Under the pieces are notes generated by a model. It saw only the letters and a list, made by a program, of their open reading frames with translations, was not told the DNA's origin and did no database searches. A stretch of 64,000 nucleotides of DNA from Takakia lepidozioides (taxonomy: Eukaryota; Plantae; Bryophyta), in NCBI GenBank assembly GCA_030704615.1, contig CM060734.1, forward strand, positions 21,948,001-22,012,000, given 5' to 3'. Shown here in pieces: positions 13,171-25,300 of the stretch; position 1 is the stretch's first letter; each line of letters begins with the position of its first letter. The translations under genes were made by a program, and so were the position numbers.

Positions 13171-14454
13171 TCAAAATGACGACAGTGCTTGCCATAAAGC
13201 ATCTGAGGGCTGCAATAGGGGGAGTCCGAAGGGATTTTGTGAAACAAATGTTGGCACAGGAGCACGAGACTCGTGCAATCTAGTGAGGTAAGGTTGAAGA
13301 TCATCCAGCAAATACTTGTCTCCGAAGTAATCGTTGAAGGCGCTGTATTTTGGAACACAGAGTGACGTATGGGGTGGATTGAAGAAATCCTGAAATGGAG
13401 AATGATCAAGTAGTAGTGTGTTGGTCTTGAATGCCTGATGGAAATGCTTGGAGGGAACGTACGTCCACAGATCGTACAGTCTCTTAACAAGTATGTACTC
13501 AGGAAGAGAAGTGTCGCTGAATGGAACCCTCCAGCATTGATATCGATGACAAGCTAGATGGATCTGCTGTTCATGTCGGCCAAATACAATGGGCAACAGT
13601 TTCACGAGCCTTTCAAGTGGCTCCGTGGACCACACCGCAATCGTGAAGTGATGGAATGCAAAGTCAAAGAATTCTAACAGTTGATTCCTCAGGACAATTA
13701 CCATACTAGGATCGACGTGCGTCAAAGGAACATCACTAGGAGGTGGGGATGCCTCCAATACCTCGCAGATGAAAGTGAGATCTAGAATGAGGTAATATGT
13801 GCTGGGAAGCTGGCCGCCAGGTCCTCTCTCCAGTTCTTCATACAGAGCCTTGTCATACTTGGTGAGCGGTTTCCCACTCACAGGCCTCTGGAAAATGCAC
13901 AATGCCAAGAGGAATAAGAAGACATTGAGTTCCACTTCTACGAGTACACACAATAACACGGTATTGCTATACAAATGTACAATGATGCGAGGAGGATGAT
14001 GTGGCTTTCAAAACATCATGCTGATCGACTCTTAGAGCATTCGTGGCAAAGGAAGAGCATTGCATTTTCGGTTGGGTGGAAAGGCTACCCAGAGTCTACC
14101 CATCTGCAAATTTGACGGATGCTGAAGATGTGATTGACGAGTGGGAATCGTGTTTCGACGAGCGAGAGAAAAGGTACAAAGCAACAAATCTGCCTTGAGC
14201 TGAAGACTCCTGGACGGTTGCCAAGACCTAGTAACTACCTGAAGGGGCACTTCAGTGCTTTCTTACGAATTGAATTGAGCTCCCCACCCCTTCACTTCAG
14301 GCTGTTTGAGCTGCGGGTGGACGTTATAAAGTCCCATTTCTTTTCGTTTCCTACTATGAAATGAAGATGAAATAGTTTCACCCTCTTCCATGTGCAAAGA
14401 TGGAGAATAGTTCCGCAAAGCTGGTGCTCCTCCATGAGAGAAAAACAGAGACAT
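13171..14454 (-). CDS. FCP1/NIF (HAD-family, UBLCP1/TIM50-like) domain protein; main exon 13887-13171, upstream exon(s) uncertain
   Basis: LILDL, LR..L.EF..F.F..FTIAVWS, KRL..LW, NTLLLDHSP....NPPHT and VP.FVS.NPFG motifs typical of plant NIF-domain proteins. Acceptor ttttccag at 13888. Confidence 0.75.
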
Positions 14455-15170
14455 TTTTAATCTGAAAAAGATCTTTCTGACATCTCAGATCCAAGACTGT
14501 TTCGTCTTAGCAGCAGAACTACAAATGATTCGCCTGTCTCTACCCTATGCATTCGCTGCCTGGCCTTGTCTTCTTGCGCTCTCTCTTGGCTATACCTCAC
14601 CGCTAGCTCTCTCCGACCAACTATCCCGCCAGCCATCTCCCCTACCCCTCCTCACACTCTTGACCACCGTCTCCATCCTCGAGAAGGTTCATAAGAGTAG
14701 AAGGTTTTGCATGCAGCGCCAAGTGGCCCACATGCAATTGCCACTTTTAGAGGGCCTGCCATCAAAATGTGGGGCCCACATGCAGCCACTACATATTTCA
14801 CCTAAGAATGCTGTTCTCTCAACGGAGGACAATCATGAAGCTGTAAGATGGACAAAATGAATGCCCTCTTTCACCTATCTTCCAACATAGAGTAATGAGA
14901 CAGTTTATACCCAGATTTCACCACAGAAGTCCCATGAAGAATCTACAGATGCGATCAGACGCCCCCCACTGTCACAAGCTGGCCATGCTGAAGCAGCATT
15001 AGACAGTCATGCTGTGGTCTGAGCATAACACTGACTGTAAAGCCAATGGGTGCATAGCTCACTGTGTCTGTCCCTACAGTGTGTTGTGGCATCCATCTAT
15101 CCTCTTACAACTGGAAAAATGTCGTTGCACTCTAGTACATAATCAAGTGGGTAACACTGGTCTAACTCAT

Positions 15171-15277
15171 TGCCTTAACCTCACTAGAAAACTTAAGTCT
15201 TGCAGACAAATGTTTAGACAGTTCTTATTCTGAACTTTTGTCTGCAAGACTACAAGTTTTCTAGTGAGGTGGAGGCA
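15171..15277. repeat. ~107-nt imperfect fold-back (pre-miRNA-like or MITE-derived)
   Basis: cctcactagaaaactt-agtcttgcagacaaa pairs with tttgtctgcaagact-aagttttctagtgagg, with further pairing inside and outside. Confidence 0.85.
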
Positions 15278-15461
15278 GTTTAGCATATGGTTTTATGCCC
15301 ACTGTAGTAAGCAGAGGAAAACTAAATTGTAGTGAAGAGCAGAATTCTGTAGTGCCCATGGAGACCAATCAGCTCTGGTTCAATAGCAGCTCCCAAACTG
15401 ATAGGTCGAGGCTGAAGATACTATCTTCAGTGCAAAAACTGGAACCCAGTACAATGTACCA

Positions 15462-17606
15462 TCACATTAAGCGACCCACATAGTTGGCAGAAGGAAATTT
15501 GTTCTCAAGTTGGGGCCACTGAACAAACAATTGGTCTGCAACTCCCAGCTTGTAGAGCAAAAGGCCCGTGAGAGACAACTTTTTAACTCTTGCAATGCTC
15601 TCCACATAGACCATCACGACCCATCGCACTCCAAGAACCTGCATGCCATGGTCAAGGCATTTTGACCATCATGAGCAACAAATCATAACTTCGCAGGGCC
15701 CCAATCATTCTTCACACTCAAATGTTGAGAGAGAGTGGTAGGGATCCTCGAAACAAGCTGAACAGAAAGAGAGACACAGATGTATTCAGAAAAGAATTGC
15801 TTTCAATTGAATAGATGCCAAGTCTGGGTGTCATAAACTCCCTGGAGTATAAGCCCTTGCTTGCCGAGTGACAACTGTTAGTCATGAGCGGCCATAATTC
15901 TAGCTGCTGTCAATTAAGAACACTATTTTCAATGGGGGGATCAAGTGACAGAAAGAGAATCATCAGAAGGCTGCAAAACTTGTCTTGGCTGGTTTTCCTC
16001 GTAAATGACAGCCAGTACTTGACAGAGGAGATACTGAATCCAGCCTGTTAATCCAGCTTGCACACAGAAAATACATATTGATGCATGACTTAAACCTACC
16101 TAGTGACACAGAACCCACTCAACTAACAGTCAATATCTCTGAAAAATTCCCATGGTCAAGAGAAGGGGGTTTGAGTACCTTTAGCAGAAAACCAACCATG
16201 CAAATTGGCAAACATGTGCCTGGCCCATTACATAAAATCTGCACTCCAATATATTGCACAAGAGTAAGGCTTAAAAATGTTTGCGCTTTAAGTGAGAGCC
16301 AGTCACACGTTAACAAGAAAGGAATGCTCGATCAAATATCACGAATGCAGCAACTTGAAAAATCCCTAGAAACTTACGACATCAGGTTGGATGCGAGAAA
16401 CTAGCCAGAGGGCATGCACCATAGCCCATATAGTTGTGCCCACCGACGTTATGTAAGATTGACCCACTTCACGACTTCGATAGACTTGAAGGTACTGTGT
16501 CCCCTGCTGTACTCCAGCCTGAATGCCCCATCATTCTGCCAAGATCAATGCTACTACTCTGAATCAAATGGGAGTGAGGGAGGAAGTAAGCATAAGAGAT
16601 GATGTGATCATTGGGCTTTGGCGTGCTGTGGCCTTACAGCCATACACCCCACGACTGGTTACAATGCAGAAAGCGACAAGCAAAAGAGAGACAGAGACAG
16701 AGACAGAGTGAGGGTTACTTCAGTCTTTGTCAGAAGCAAACCCTCAACGTGCTTAAAATGGTTGCAAAGGGGGCATTACCTCTGCTACTGAATGTTCTTG
16801 CTGAGCACGTTCTTCTACTCTTTGAGCCCTTGAAAGACTCATGTCGTCAGTGGCAGCTGCAATGTAGTACCTTGGAACGTATTTATCGAGGTTGAGTGCT
16901 CCCACAAGACTTAACATCTCTGCTGTGTGGCCCCCTGCCAAGGAAATGCATATTCAATGGTTAACACAGCTTGATAGATGCCATGCAATTGGGGAATAAA
17001 AGGGGGATGGGAAAGAGGAGGGCTGGGGCATAGAGACTAAGCACATCTCGGACTTTTCTTGAGGCTATAACAACTCTGAACACTTTGCACAGGTGGAGTA
17101 GTGAGAGTAGCATTATGTGCTGGGCTCCAACCATTCGTTTCATACCAGCAGTTTCCCTGAGCATAAATCTCCGCCATAGACTTCTCCAGGAGGTAAGGGT
17201 AAGAAAGGGAAGGAAAGATTACGCATTCTTACCTAAACTTTTCAACCAGGCTGATCTAATCGCTCCATAGAATGCATTTCAAAAGGTCATGGATTTGACT
17301 ACAGAGGAGGGACAGAGATCTTAGCCAATAGAATAGTCAGAGTGCGAGGCAGAGGAGACCCGGCAGAAGTACCACTGACATGGAAAAAACATGGTAACCA
17401 ATTCCCATTGACTTTCCGAAACAGAAAACTAGACGGAGGACATTGTGCTGGAGCGAGAGAGAAATACCCGATCCAAGAACGATGAGAGTCCTAAGGGCAC
17501 GCTTGGTTGCAGCGCGGGGGAGGGGCTTCCCCGTACTCTTCAGTACCCAATAGACACGCGCTAAGAAGAGCACGGCGAGTGAGACCAACACCGCCCATGC
17601 TTCCAT
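15462..17606 (-). CDS. ALG14: UDP-GlcNAc transferase subunit ALG14; exons 17606-17468, 16934-16780, 16518-16378, 16238-16179, 15638-15462
   Basis: N-terminal TM, IVLGSG|GHTAEM, RSREVGQSY, ILCNGPGTC, YVESIARV..LSL.G.LLY and VQWPQL motifs. GT-AG junctions in phase. Confidence 0.96.
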
Positions 17607-17622
17607 GTCCCTCGCTGTCTAC

Positions 17623-17958
17623 CCACGGGAGGACCGCCTCTGTCCAGCTTGCACAGGGCGCAACCGGGAAATTGAAACTGAAGAACACTTCTATGAGATC
17701 CGTGGAAGATTCCACTGTCTATTCCGCGGAACCCAATCTCGCACTGAAGTCTTCCACTCTGAGGATCACAAATGCTTGGCAGCTTACCTGCACGAGGCCT
17801 TCTCCCTTACACAATCACTCGAGCAATACTTAGTTCTTATTCTTCGCTCTGGACTTTCGTTTCCTCTCTCATGTTTTCTTCCATTTTGTCCCATAAGCTC
17901 TTTGAGCTTTCCGCGGACGTTATAAAGCACCATTTCATTTCATTTCTCTCTCTCTCTC
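17623..17958 (+). mobile_element. 5'-truncated RTEX-like LINE 3' fragment (copy 1)
   Basis: REDRLCPAC...EIETEEHF zinc-finger remnant, 3'UTR, (CATTT)n tail, then (CT)n. Near-duplicate of 18287-18612. Confidence 0.8.
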
Positions 17959-18612
17959 TCCTGGTATGCTCGAGTGGGCAGATATTTCAACGTAACGGAC
18001 TTTCTACTGCTTTCCTATTACCAATGAATCCAGATGAGGTGGACATCACGTACAGACATGACCGCAACAGACTCATTAGGAGAGAGCTTATGGAATTACA
18101 TGTCCAGAGAACTTGGAAGCTACCCAATCTCACAACAAAGCTCCACTTCTATCGAGAGACATTCTTGGTGCTCCGCGACAATAGAATCTTGAGACCAAAT
18201 TACCTTTCAGCCCTGAGGGCATTGGGGCGGTTCAGGGTGGGTTCCCACAACCTACGGATAGTGACTGGCAGATGGGAAAACCTGCAACGGGAGGACCGCC
18301 TATGTCCAGCTTGCATAGGGCGCAGCCAGGAAATCGAAACTGAAGAACACTTCTTCTTCTACTGCCCTCTATACTACGAGATCCGTGGGAGATTCCACTG
18401 TTTATTCAGTGGAACCCAAACTCTCACTGATGTCTTCCACTATGAGGATCAAAAATGCTTGGCAGCCTACCTACACGAGGCCTTCGACATTCGCTAGAAC
18501 ATTAATTGTGGTTTCTGGACTTGTTCCTCTCTCATGTTTTCTTCCATTTTGTCCCATAATCTCTATGATCTTTCCGCGGACGTTATAAAGTACCATTTCA
18601 TTTCATTTCTCT
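17959..18612 (+). mobile_element. 5'-truncated RTEX-like LINE 3' fragment (copy 2)
   Basis: RFRVGSHNLRIVTGRW...RLCPAC...IETEEHFFFYCPLY..IR C-terminal CCHC motif characteristic of RTEX-type ORF2, with (CATTT)n tail. Confidence 0.82.
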
Positions 18613-20054
18613 CAGGACTACGCACAGCTTCACGCACAGTCTGACACACAGTAGTTACCTTCGCATGGTATTCTAAATTTTAATACGTACGTAGCTACCG
18701 AGTTTGTCTGGGCAGGCGTATCTGGTCGGAAGGGCTTTTTCTATTCCCTGGATGAGCATAATATTGCAGGTGGGCGGTGCGCAGATTTTTTCTGTGGGTA
18801 GTTGTTGAATTCTACTTGAAGATTGTTTCTCAGTGTTGAAATTGTGCTGGCTGGTGTTACACGCCGAGAGGCCGGGGAACGGAGACCTACATTCCGTAAA
18901 TCTGCTTATGCTCTCTCCCATCGCATCTATCTTTGAGTCTCCTTCACACCCGGTCCAACTGGTAGGCGTTTTTATTCCCCTTCACATCTTCATGGACTTC
19001 TGTGTCAGTTCGCCTCTTGAACATGTACAGATGTCGTCTTTGTTGTGTGTGCAGATCCAGGGTTCACGTAGGCTAGTTCTAATTTTGTATTTCTTTGCCT
19101 TCTTCACTGTCTTCAGAAGAGTAGGAAAATATTGGTTTGCTTACCAGGTGGAGATATCCAAGGAGATATGTCGATTTACTAGGTGCTCACAAATTTTTCT
19201 GTTGTTTAATGGCGAGTGTTTTTTAAACCAAGCACATAATTATATGCCAATTTTCTATTAGTTCTCCTTCCTACCAGCTACCTGTTTCCTTTTCCTTGCT
19301 TGATCTGCAATCTTTTTTCTCTGAACAGCTTCTTGAATGAAGGATATTATTAAGTTAGTTAACACCTTGGTGCAAAATTGTTCATAACAGTTTGTTTCAG
19401 GGTGCGGGTACACTCATTTGTGGAGCAAACTTTTCTGAAGTCACCAAATGGAATGGTTTGTCAGCCATGGTGGTGAGTTTCTTTCCCATATTGTGCACAT
19501 TGTCAGTCACACAAGTGGAACTGGCCACCATCAAGCTTGCACTCAGGTCTGCTTTTCCTGGAAGCATTGCTGTTTTTGGGAATTGAAGACTTCAAATTGT
19601 CATGGGATGCCAGGGATCCGGCTTTGTTGTCATTTTCAGGGAGAGGAGCAACAGTCCATCAGGAATGTGGACGTCTCCAACAGCCTAGGCCTCCACAGGC
19701 ATGCAAATGTAGGTCTGCAGTAGCATGTGTGTGGGAGCAAGATGTTGGCTGTGGGCAGGAATAGTATTCACTGTAGGAGCATGTGATTAACACAGAAAGT
19801 CCTCTAAGATATCCTTTCACGCAGAGAGCATGATCTCTTTTGGCTCAATGATTCTGGAAACATGCAGGAAGTAATTCCCTGCCTAAGGACCAGCTACAAT
19901 TGCCACTATACAGATTTGTTTCTTTGGTCTTGTTTAATACTGTGACATTGTTCCATCATATGTTTGCTAACACATGCAGAGTTTGCCCTTTGCATGGCAT
20001 GAAATCTGACCTTCAAGAAGGCAATGAACTTGCAACCTGCAAAGAAGGCACAAC

Positions 20055-20137
20055 CATTTTCACGGAAGAGAATGTACTCATAAGACGTTGTTTGCCGTAG
20101 CCTTGTGGCCATTGACCCTGCATTTTCACGGAAGAGA
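20055..20137 (-). mobile_element. 49-bp insertion flanked by a 17-bp duplication
   Basis: CATTTTCACGGAAGAGA at 20055-20071 and 20121-20137. The insert is reverse-complementary to 53333-53383. Confidence 0.75.
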
Positions 20138-21156
20138 GACAGAGGGAGAGTCAAGAAAATTTGGAGTAGCCATTTACGGAGGGGTTGCGGAGGCAAGATG
20201 GTCACACAGTTGTGATAAGTGAATTTAACATCTGCTGTCTGGTAAAGAATTTTCTCATGGTACGATTCCTGTGAATTATCTCTTGGTGGCCTTTAGGGTG
20301 ACTTCATTGGCATAGCGAGCTTCAAGAGGATTCAGAGAAGTGCGAACAGGTGCCAGAAGGAGGAAAGGGCATGCGACTGGACTGGGATTATAACAGCTTT
20401 GTACTCTCAGCCTCCAAGAACACTGGCACCTTGTTACTGTCATGTTGTGGTGCACTGTTTGCACCAACACAATGAATACTGCATAGCAATTTACCAAGGA
20501 ACGTTCCCCACAGACTCCTGTAATTATCGTTGTCACATATCAAGAGTTTTGAACACTACAAAAGAAGCTTATAGCTCTTGCTGCTAACATCATGGCTGGT
20601 AACTGAATAACCCCTTCATGCCAGTCCTTTCATGAAAGTATACAGGGGTTTCTGGGGCTTGAACAACCTTTACCCACAATGCTTTGGTATGTCGGATGAC
20701 ACACTTGCTTTCTTTTTACATGTTCCATGATTTTAAGAGTACTGCCTGTTGCTGCAAAGCAACAGGTGCTGCAATTTTGTTTGTCATGACAAACATGCAG
20801 AGAGGTGTTAAAGTTTCTTGCTACAATTGTGCCATTAGTCAGCACATGCAATCATGGACATGAAGCCAGGGTCGATAACAGACAGACTACTCCACCGGTG
20901 ACTCTCAATGACTTCACAAAAGGGCTGATTACAACTGATACTGACAGCGAGTGTAGTAGTTTGCTAATCCATATTCCAAACGCCACCAACATGACTTCCA
21001 CTTGGAGCGCAAATAGTGCGCAAAGCAGATTCAAAATTAGAATCCACCCCAGATTTCAAAAAAATTGTCCAAGATGTGACATTGGCAATGACATGAATAC
21101 AGTGTGCCTCTCCATACACTGTCTCAAGATAAGGTCTCATGCAAAGCATCAGAAGC

Positions 21157-22341
21157 TTATGTTGGTATGTCCAGCCTAAGCTCTATGGGAAACCCGTGTG
21201 TGAAATCAAGCTCATCCAGTTCTAACCAATCGTAGGCTGACATGTTGTGCCAAGATTTCTTAGTCATGTCATAAATCCATAGCATCTCTCCTCCAGGTGT
21301 CGTAAATCTCAGCCAGCAGCCAAGAGCATCACCGTGCTCCAAGGTGCGACAGGAAAATAACTCAGAACAATCCAACTGCTTGAAAGCCCTTGGTTTCTTT
21401 GGAAAGCTGTCAATCAGCCTGCACTTCATCTCTCCAGGTATAAGTTCCCATATCTTTGAAGGGTGCTTGGAGCCTGTAGAATACGTAATTAACAAAATGC
21501 GTCCACAGCTTTCCAGAAGAGTCACTCCCTCCTGTTTCTCACGAACTTGCACCTCAAAACTGTTCCAAAGACCCTTATCCAGGTCATACTTTGAAATATG
21601 AGTTGCTAGTACATTTGAGAAACTGCCACTTGGTGGAACCAAGCAATACATGATCCCATCACATACCACTTCCTGAGCTGCAACTGCATAAACTTGCCGG
21701 GGCCACTTACGGGGCTGTACTTTACCCATCTGGCTCCAAGTTTTTGTCGAAGAATCATAAACAAAGGTTATAAGAGCAGGCAAGTCAATAACAATTACCC
21801 TGTAAGTGCGTTTGCCGCTATCTACCACAATGGTAGTGAATGTTGGCCTGTAATTGGGGCGTTTTGGATTCCAAGGTGGCAGCTGCCTCCACGATCTGGT
21901 TAAGGGATTACATACCACCAAGGTGAACTGATCCTCTGTATCATAGCAGGCGACACAGAGCAAAGCTCCTGCTACAGCAATAGGACATATGCCTTGGAAA
22001 GAGGTGAAATCGAGAGGCATAGGATACCAGTGCTTGGAACTTGGGCAAAAAAGACGAGTGGCACAAACACTGAAGGATAAGTCTGATGCTATTCCAGTGT
22101 TCCAGACCATTGCAGAATGCAGAATACTGGAAGGTTTATCATGGACCTGGGCATGATCTTCAAGAAAACTTGGAGAGTGGATCAGGTCATTCCATCTTTT
22201 GCAAACAATGCGCATTTGAAATAACCGAGGGATTGGAAGTCGGGCCAATATCATGTCGACAAGGACCTCTGGCAAAGTGCCCCACAGGTCTTCATTCATC
22301 TGTACAACCTCAAGACCTGCAAGCCAAACAGGTATGCTCAT
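21157..22341 (-). CDS. F-box protein with FBA/kelch-like beta-propeller (probable start MNEDLW at ~22299)
   Basis: LWGTLPEVLVDMILARLP...RIVCKRWN.LI.S.SF F-box; AVAGALLC, LVVCNPLTRSWRQLPP, VYDS.T..W and CDGIMYCL motifs. Confidence 0.92.
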   Translation of the reverse strand: MSIPVWLAGLEVVQMNEDLWGTLPEVLVDMILARLPIPRLFQMRIVCKRWNDLIHSPSFLEDHAQVHDKPSSILHSAMVWNTGIASDLSFSVCATRLFCPSSKHWYPMPLDFTSFQGICPIAVAGALLCVACYDTEDQFTLVVCNPLTRSWRQLPPWNPKRPNYRPTFTTIVVDSGKRTYRVIVIDLPALITFVYDSSTKTWSQMGKVQPRKWPRQVYAVAAQEVVCDGIMYCLVPPSGSFSNVLATHISKYDLDKGLWNSFEVQVREKQEGVTLLESCGRILLITYSTGSKHPSKIWELIPGEMKCRLIDSFPKKPRAFKQLDCSELFSCRTLEHGDALGCWLRFTTPGGEMLWIYDMTKKSWHNMSAYDWLELDELDFTHGFPIELRLDIPT

Positions 22342-25300
22342 TTCCTGTCAGTCAAGATGGTATGGAGAGCTGCATAGACCACATCAAACTCTCCTCGAAT
22401 GCCATTGGAAGCTAAAGGCTTTGTGGGATGCCATGCTTATTCACTCTAAAAGCAGAAACTGACAGTCAGATCTACCGTGCACATCCCAGAAGGCTGGTTA
22501 ATTAGGCTCGATCGTCCAGAGTCTTCCTGTAGGAAAATATGGATGGCAAGTAGCCCCTACAAGGTGACATCCTGTCTGTAAAAGCTGCTTGATTAGGTGA
22601 TCAGGAAGTTGCAACTATCGAAAGTGTTGTCATTCAGATGACTTTCCCTAAGCTTGCATGAATGTTCAGGTCCGCTTATCCGAAACTTCCCCTTCCACTA
22701 CCGTTGCTTCTGCATATTCGCTGTAGTCATCATCTTTGCTACCGTCTTCAATGTCTTCATCCTCGCAAATGTCACCTGGGGAGAAATCCACAATAGATGC
22801 GAAAAGAAAGGCAGGCCAGAGATCTATAGATAAACGACTTGAAAAGCTCAAGGTTTGCCTTCTACATATATTAAATCCAGTGACAGATTACGTTAAATAA
22901 GACTGAACAACAAGCGGACTGGTACCACGGTCAGGATTTCCACCACGTTTTCTATCTGCCTTCATTACTAAGACAATCTATCATTGCCATGTAGCTCGCA
23001 AGCGCGAAACCAGGTGCCGTAGTTCAAGGTCACTACCACATCGAATGCGGGTGTAGATGGTCAAATTGACTTCGGAAATGGCAAAGCAACACCTCAAATA
23101 TACCCAAGTCCAGGCCATGGGAGGACGTCCCAGAACGCTGTTTTCGGCATTATGATGCATTCCGAGTGACATGCAACGAAAGTTTTGAGAGGGATCCGAC
23201 CAGAGAGAGCAAGGCAGGAGAGAGAGAGGGTCGACCACGAGAGGATATGTTATCCAGTGGCTTGCAAACTTGCAGTGAAAAACTCTTGCAGAAAAGGTTT
23301 GTACTTTGTACATCCTCTCTTAGTGAGGAATTCTCCGGTTGCTAGCAACGATGACTTCGGGCTTCCACTGACAAACTTGTGTACACATTTCCCTCGACAT
23401 AAGGCCACGATATAGCCAAACCAAAACTTCGAGAAACAAACCTGGAAAAGCCAGAATTTCGAAGGATTTTCGAGGGCTGTTGGATTCTGACCTGAAGAGA
23501 TATGCAGCTCGACTTCCATGCTGCTTGAGCCAGCTGGGCCTTGCTCCCCTATGCCGTATGTGGGTACTTACGAAAGGGATACAGTGATACTCAGATTCTC
23601 CTTCGAAACGGGGGAGCAAGAGAAAGACGGATGCAATGCAACCCAAGCTCGATCTGTCTGGACGAGTCTTCGGAATCTCCAGCTCATGACCAGATTCTAG
23701 CCCAAACCTGTGGGAGAGCGAGAGAAGGCGGCATCTATGAGATACCCAAAAGAGAAACCCACATCAGACATCTTTCCCAGGAAGAAAAATAGCGTTCTGG
23801 GTAGGCGTAAAGATTAAAATGCTCCACGAGACTGCGATTGTGATAGAGAGAACGTGTTTGTTGCGTGTGTGCGCGATCTTTCGAAGATGCTCGCCAGTGT
23901 ATAGAGAATGTTACGGTCAACTCAGCGTGCATTCTGTTGCTTTGTACTCTACTGTCTAAACCCGTCGTATAAACGCTAAAGTATAACTCACTTCGTACAG
24001 CATTCAATTCGCTCTACGGAGCCGCCATGAATTCCGAAAGCCAAAGAACAAACCTGTTACCCAACAGATTTTTCAAAACCCGAAGAAAACACAGTAGATG
24101 GAGGGTCAGCTACTTAGTGATTGGAGAAAACCGTCGTAAACGCAGCTGAGCACAGACTATCTGACATGCAAACTCAATTGGATGATGATGATTGGCGCTA
24201 ATGGAGTCGTATCAATCCATCATCACTACCGTATTGTGTAGTGTATTCCAGTGTATTGTGGGGTGTGGCTATTTAATGTCTTTGATCTTGCGTGATTAGA
24301 GTGAGAGAGAGAGGGAGAGAGAGAAAGAGTGCGTTGTCACAGTCAAAGCCACAGTAAGGTGGCGCTTGCAAGAAGCTCGTGAGTTGTGTGGTACTGCACT
24401 GTTGTGTTTCAAGCCGCATGTCCGCTATTATCCTCCGCTTGTGAGGGGAGGGGTGATCAATTTACGGCTACCTTCACTGTCTTTCTGAAGAGGTCTCTTT
24501 GACAAGTCTGCCAGGCTATGTCGGCAGCACGCTAGACTCCTCATGTATACGTGACAAGATTCATACCTCCCTCCTTCCCTCCCATGCACTTCTTGAGCCC
24601 GCCATGGAGTCCGAGTTGTGATTTGCTTTTTCAAGTTCAAACAAACCCATTATGGTGCTAACGGATCCCCACCAAAGCTTGGGGTTTTGAGCATGAGAGA
24701 CAGGCCTGCGATGATGCTGCCTAAGCCATGGACTCGTCACTCAAAGCTTGCAGGCTTCTTGGGTACCTACTTATCGATTTGCTTCAAATGCAAAGACAAG
24801 GGTAGAGTATGATTATTATTAGGTCACCCTTCACACTGACAAACCCCACATAAATATGGGTGCTCAAACACAGTACCCTGCATATTGAGGGGCCGCCAGG
24901 AAATATCCTTGAAAATAAAGACTTGATTGACATATGCCCTTCCCTTTGACAGGTGGGCCCGGAGTTTAAAGCTCAAGGAATGTATGTATCATACATTTAG
25001 TAAGTTAGAAAAGAGCTTTGGGACAAGTAGCTCAGCTCATTTACTGTGTCAAGTGTAGGTAGTAGCATTTGGTATTCAAGGTTGGATGAAATGTATTTAT
25101 TTAGGAGGGTCAGTGGATGATGGATGGTGGATTAGAGGTTGGATGACTGTTACACAGTATTTTGGCCCCTCCTTTCTGGCACTGGTTGGGATAAGGTGGA
25201 CGGTCAGAGTAAACTTGGTGTAATAAAGTGTCCACTGGTTCAATTAGAATTATTTTATTTTATACATTTTCTTTTAATTGTAGCCAAATCGCTTGCCGAA

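Noticed and set aside
18700-19800. Protein-coding gene divergent from ALG14
   Set aside because: Several splice-like signals, but no consistent reading frame or recognisable product.
24180-24226. C/D snoRNA (ATGATGA plus short stem)
   Set aside because: No box D (CTGA) at a suitable distance; explained by a GAT microsatellite.
24420-24445. miR390/TAS3-like site (cgctattatcctccgctt)
   Set aside because: Too many mismatches, and no second site or tasiARF sequence.
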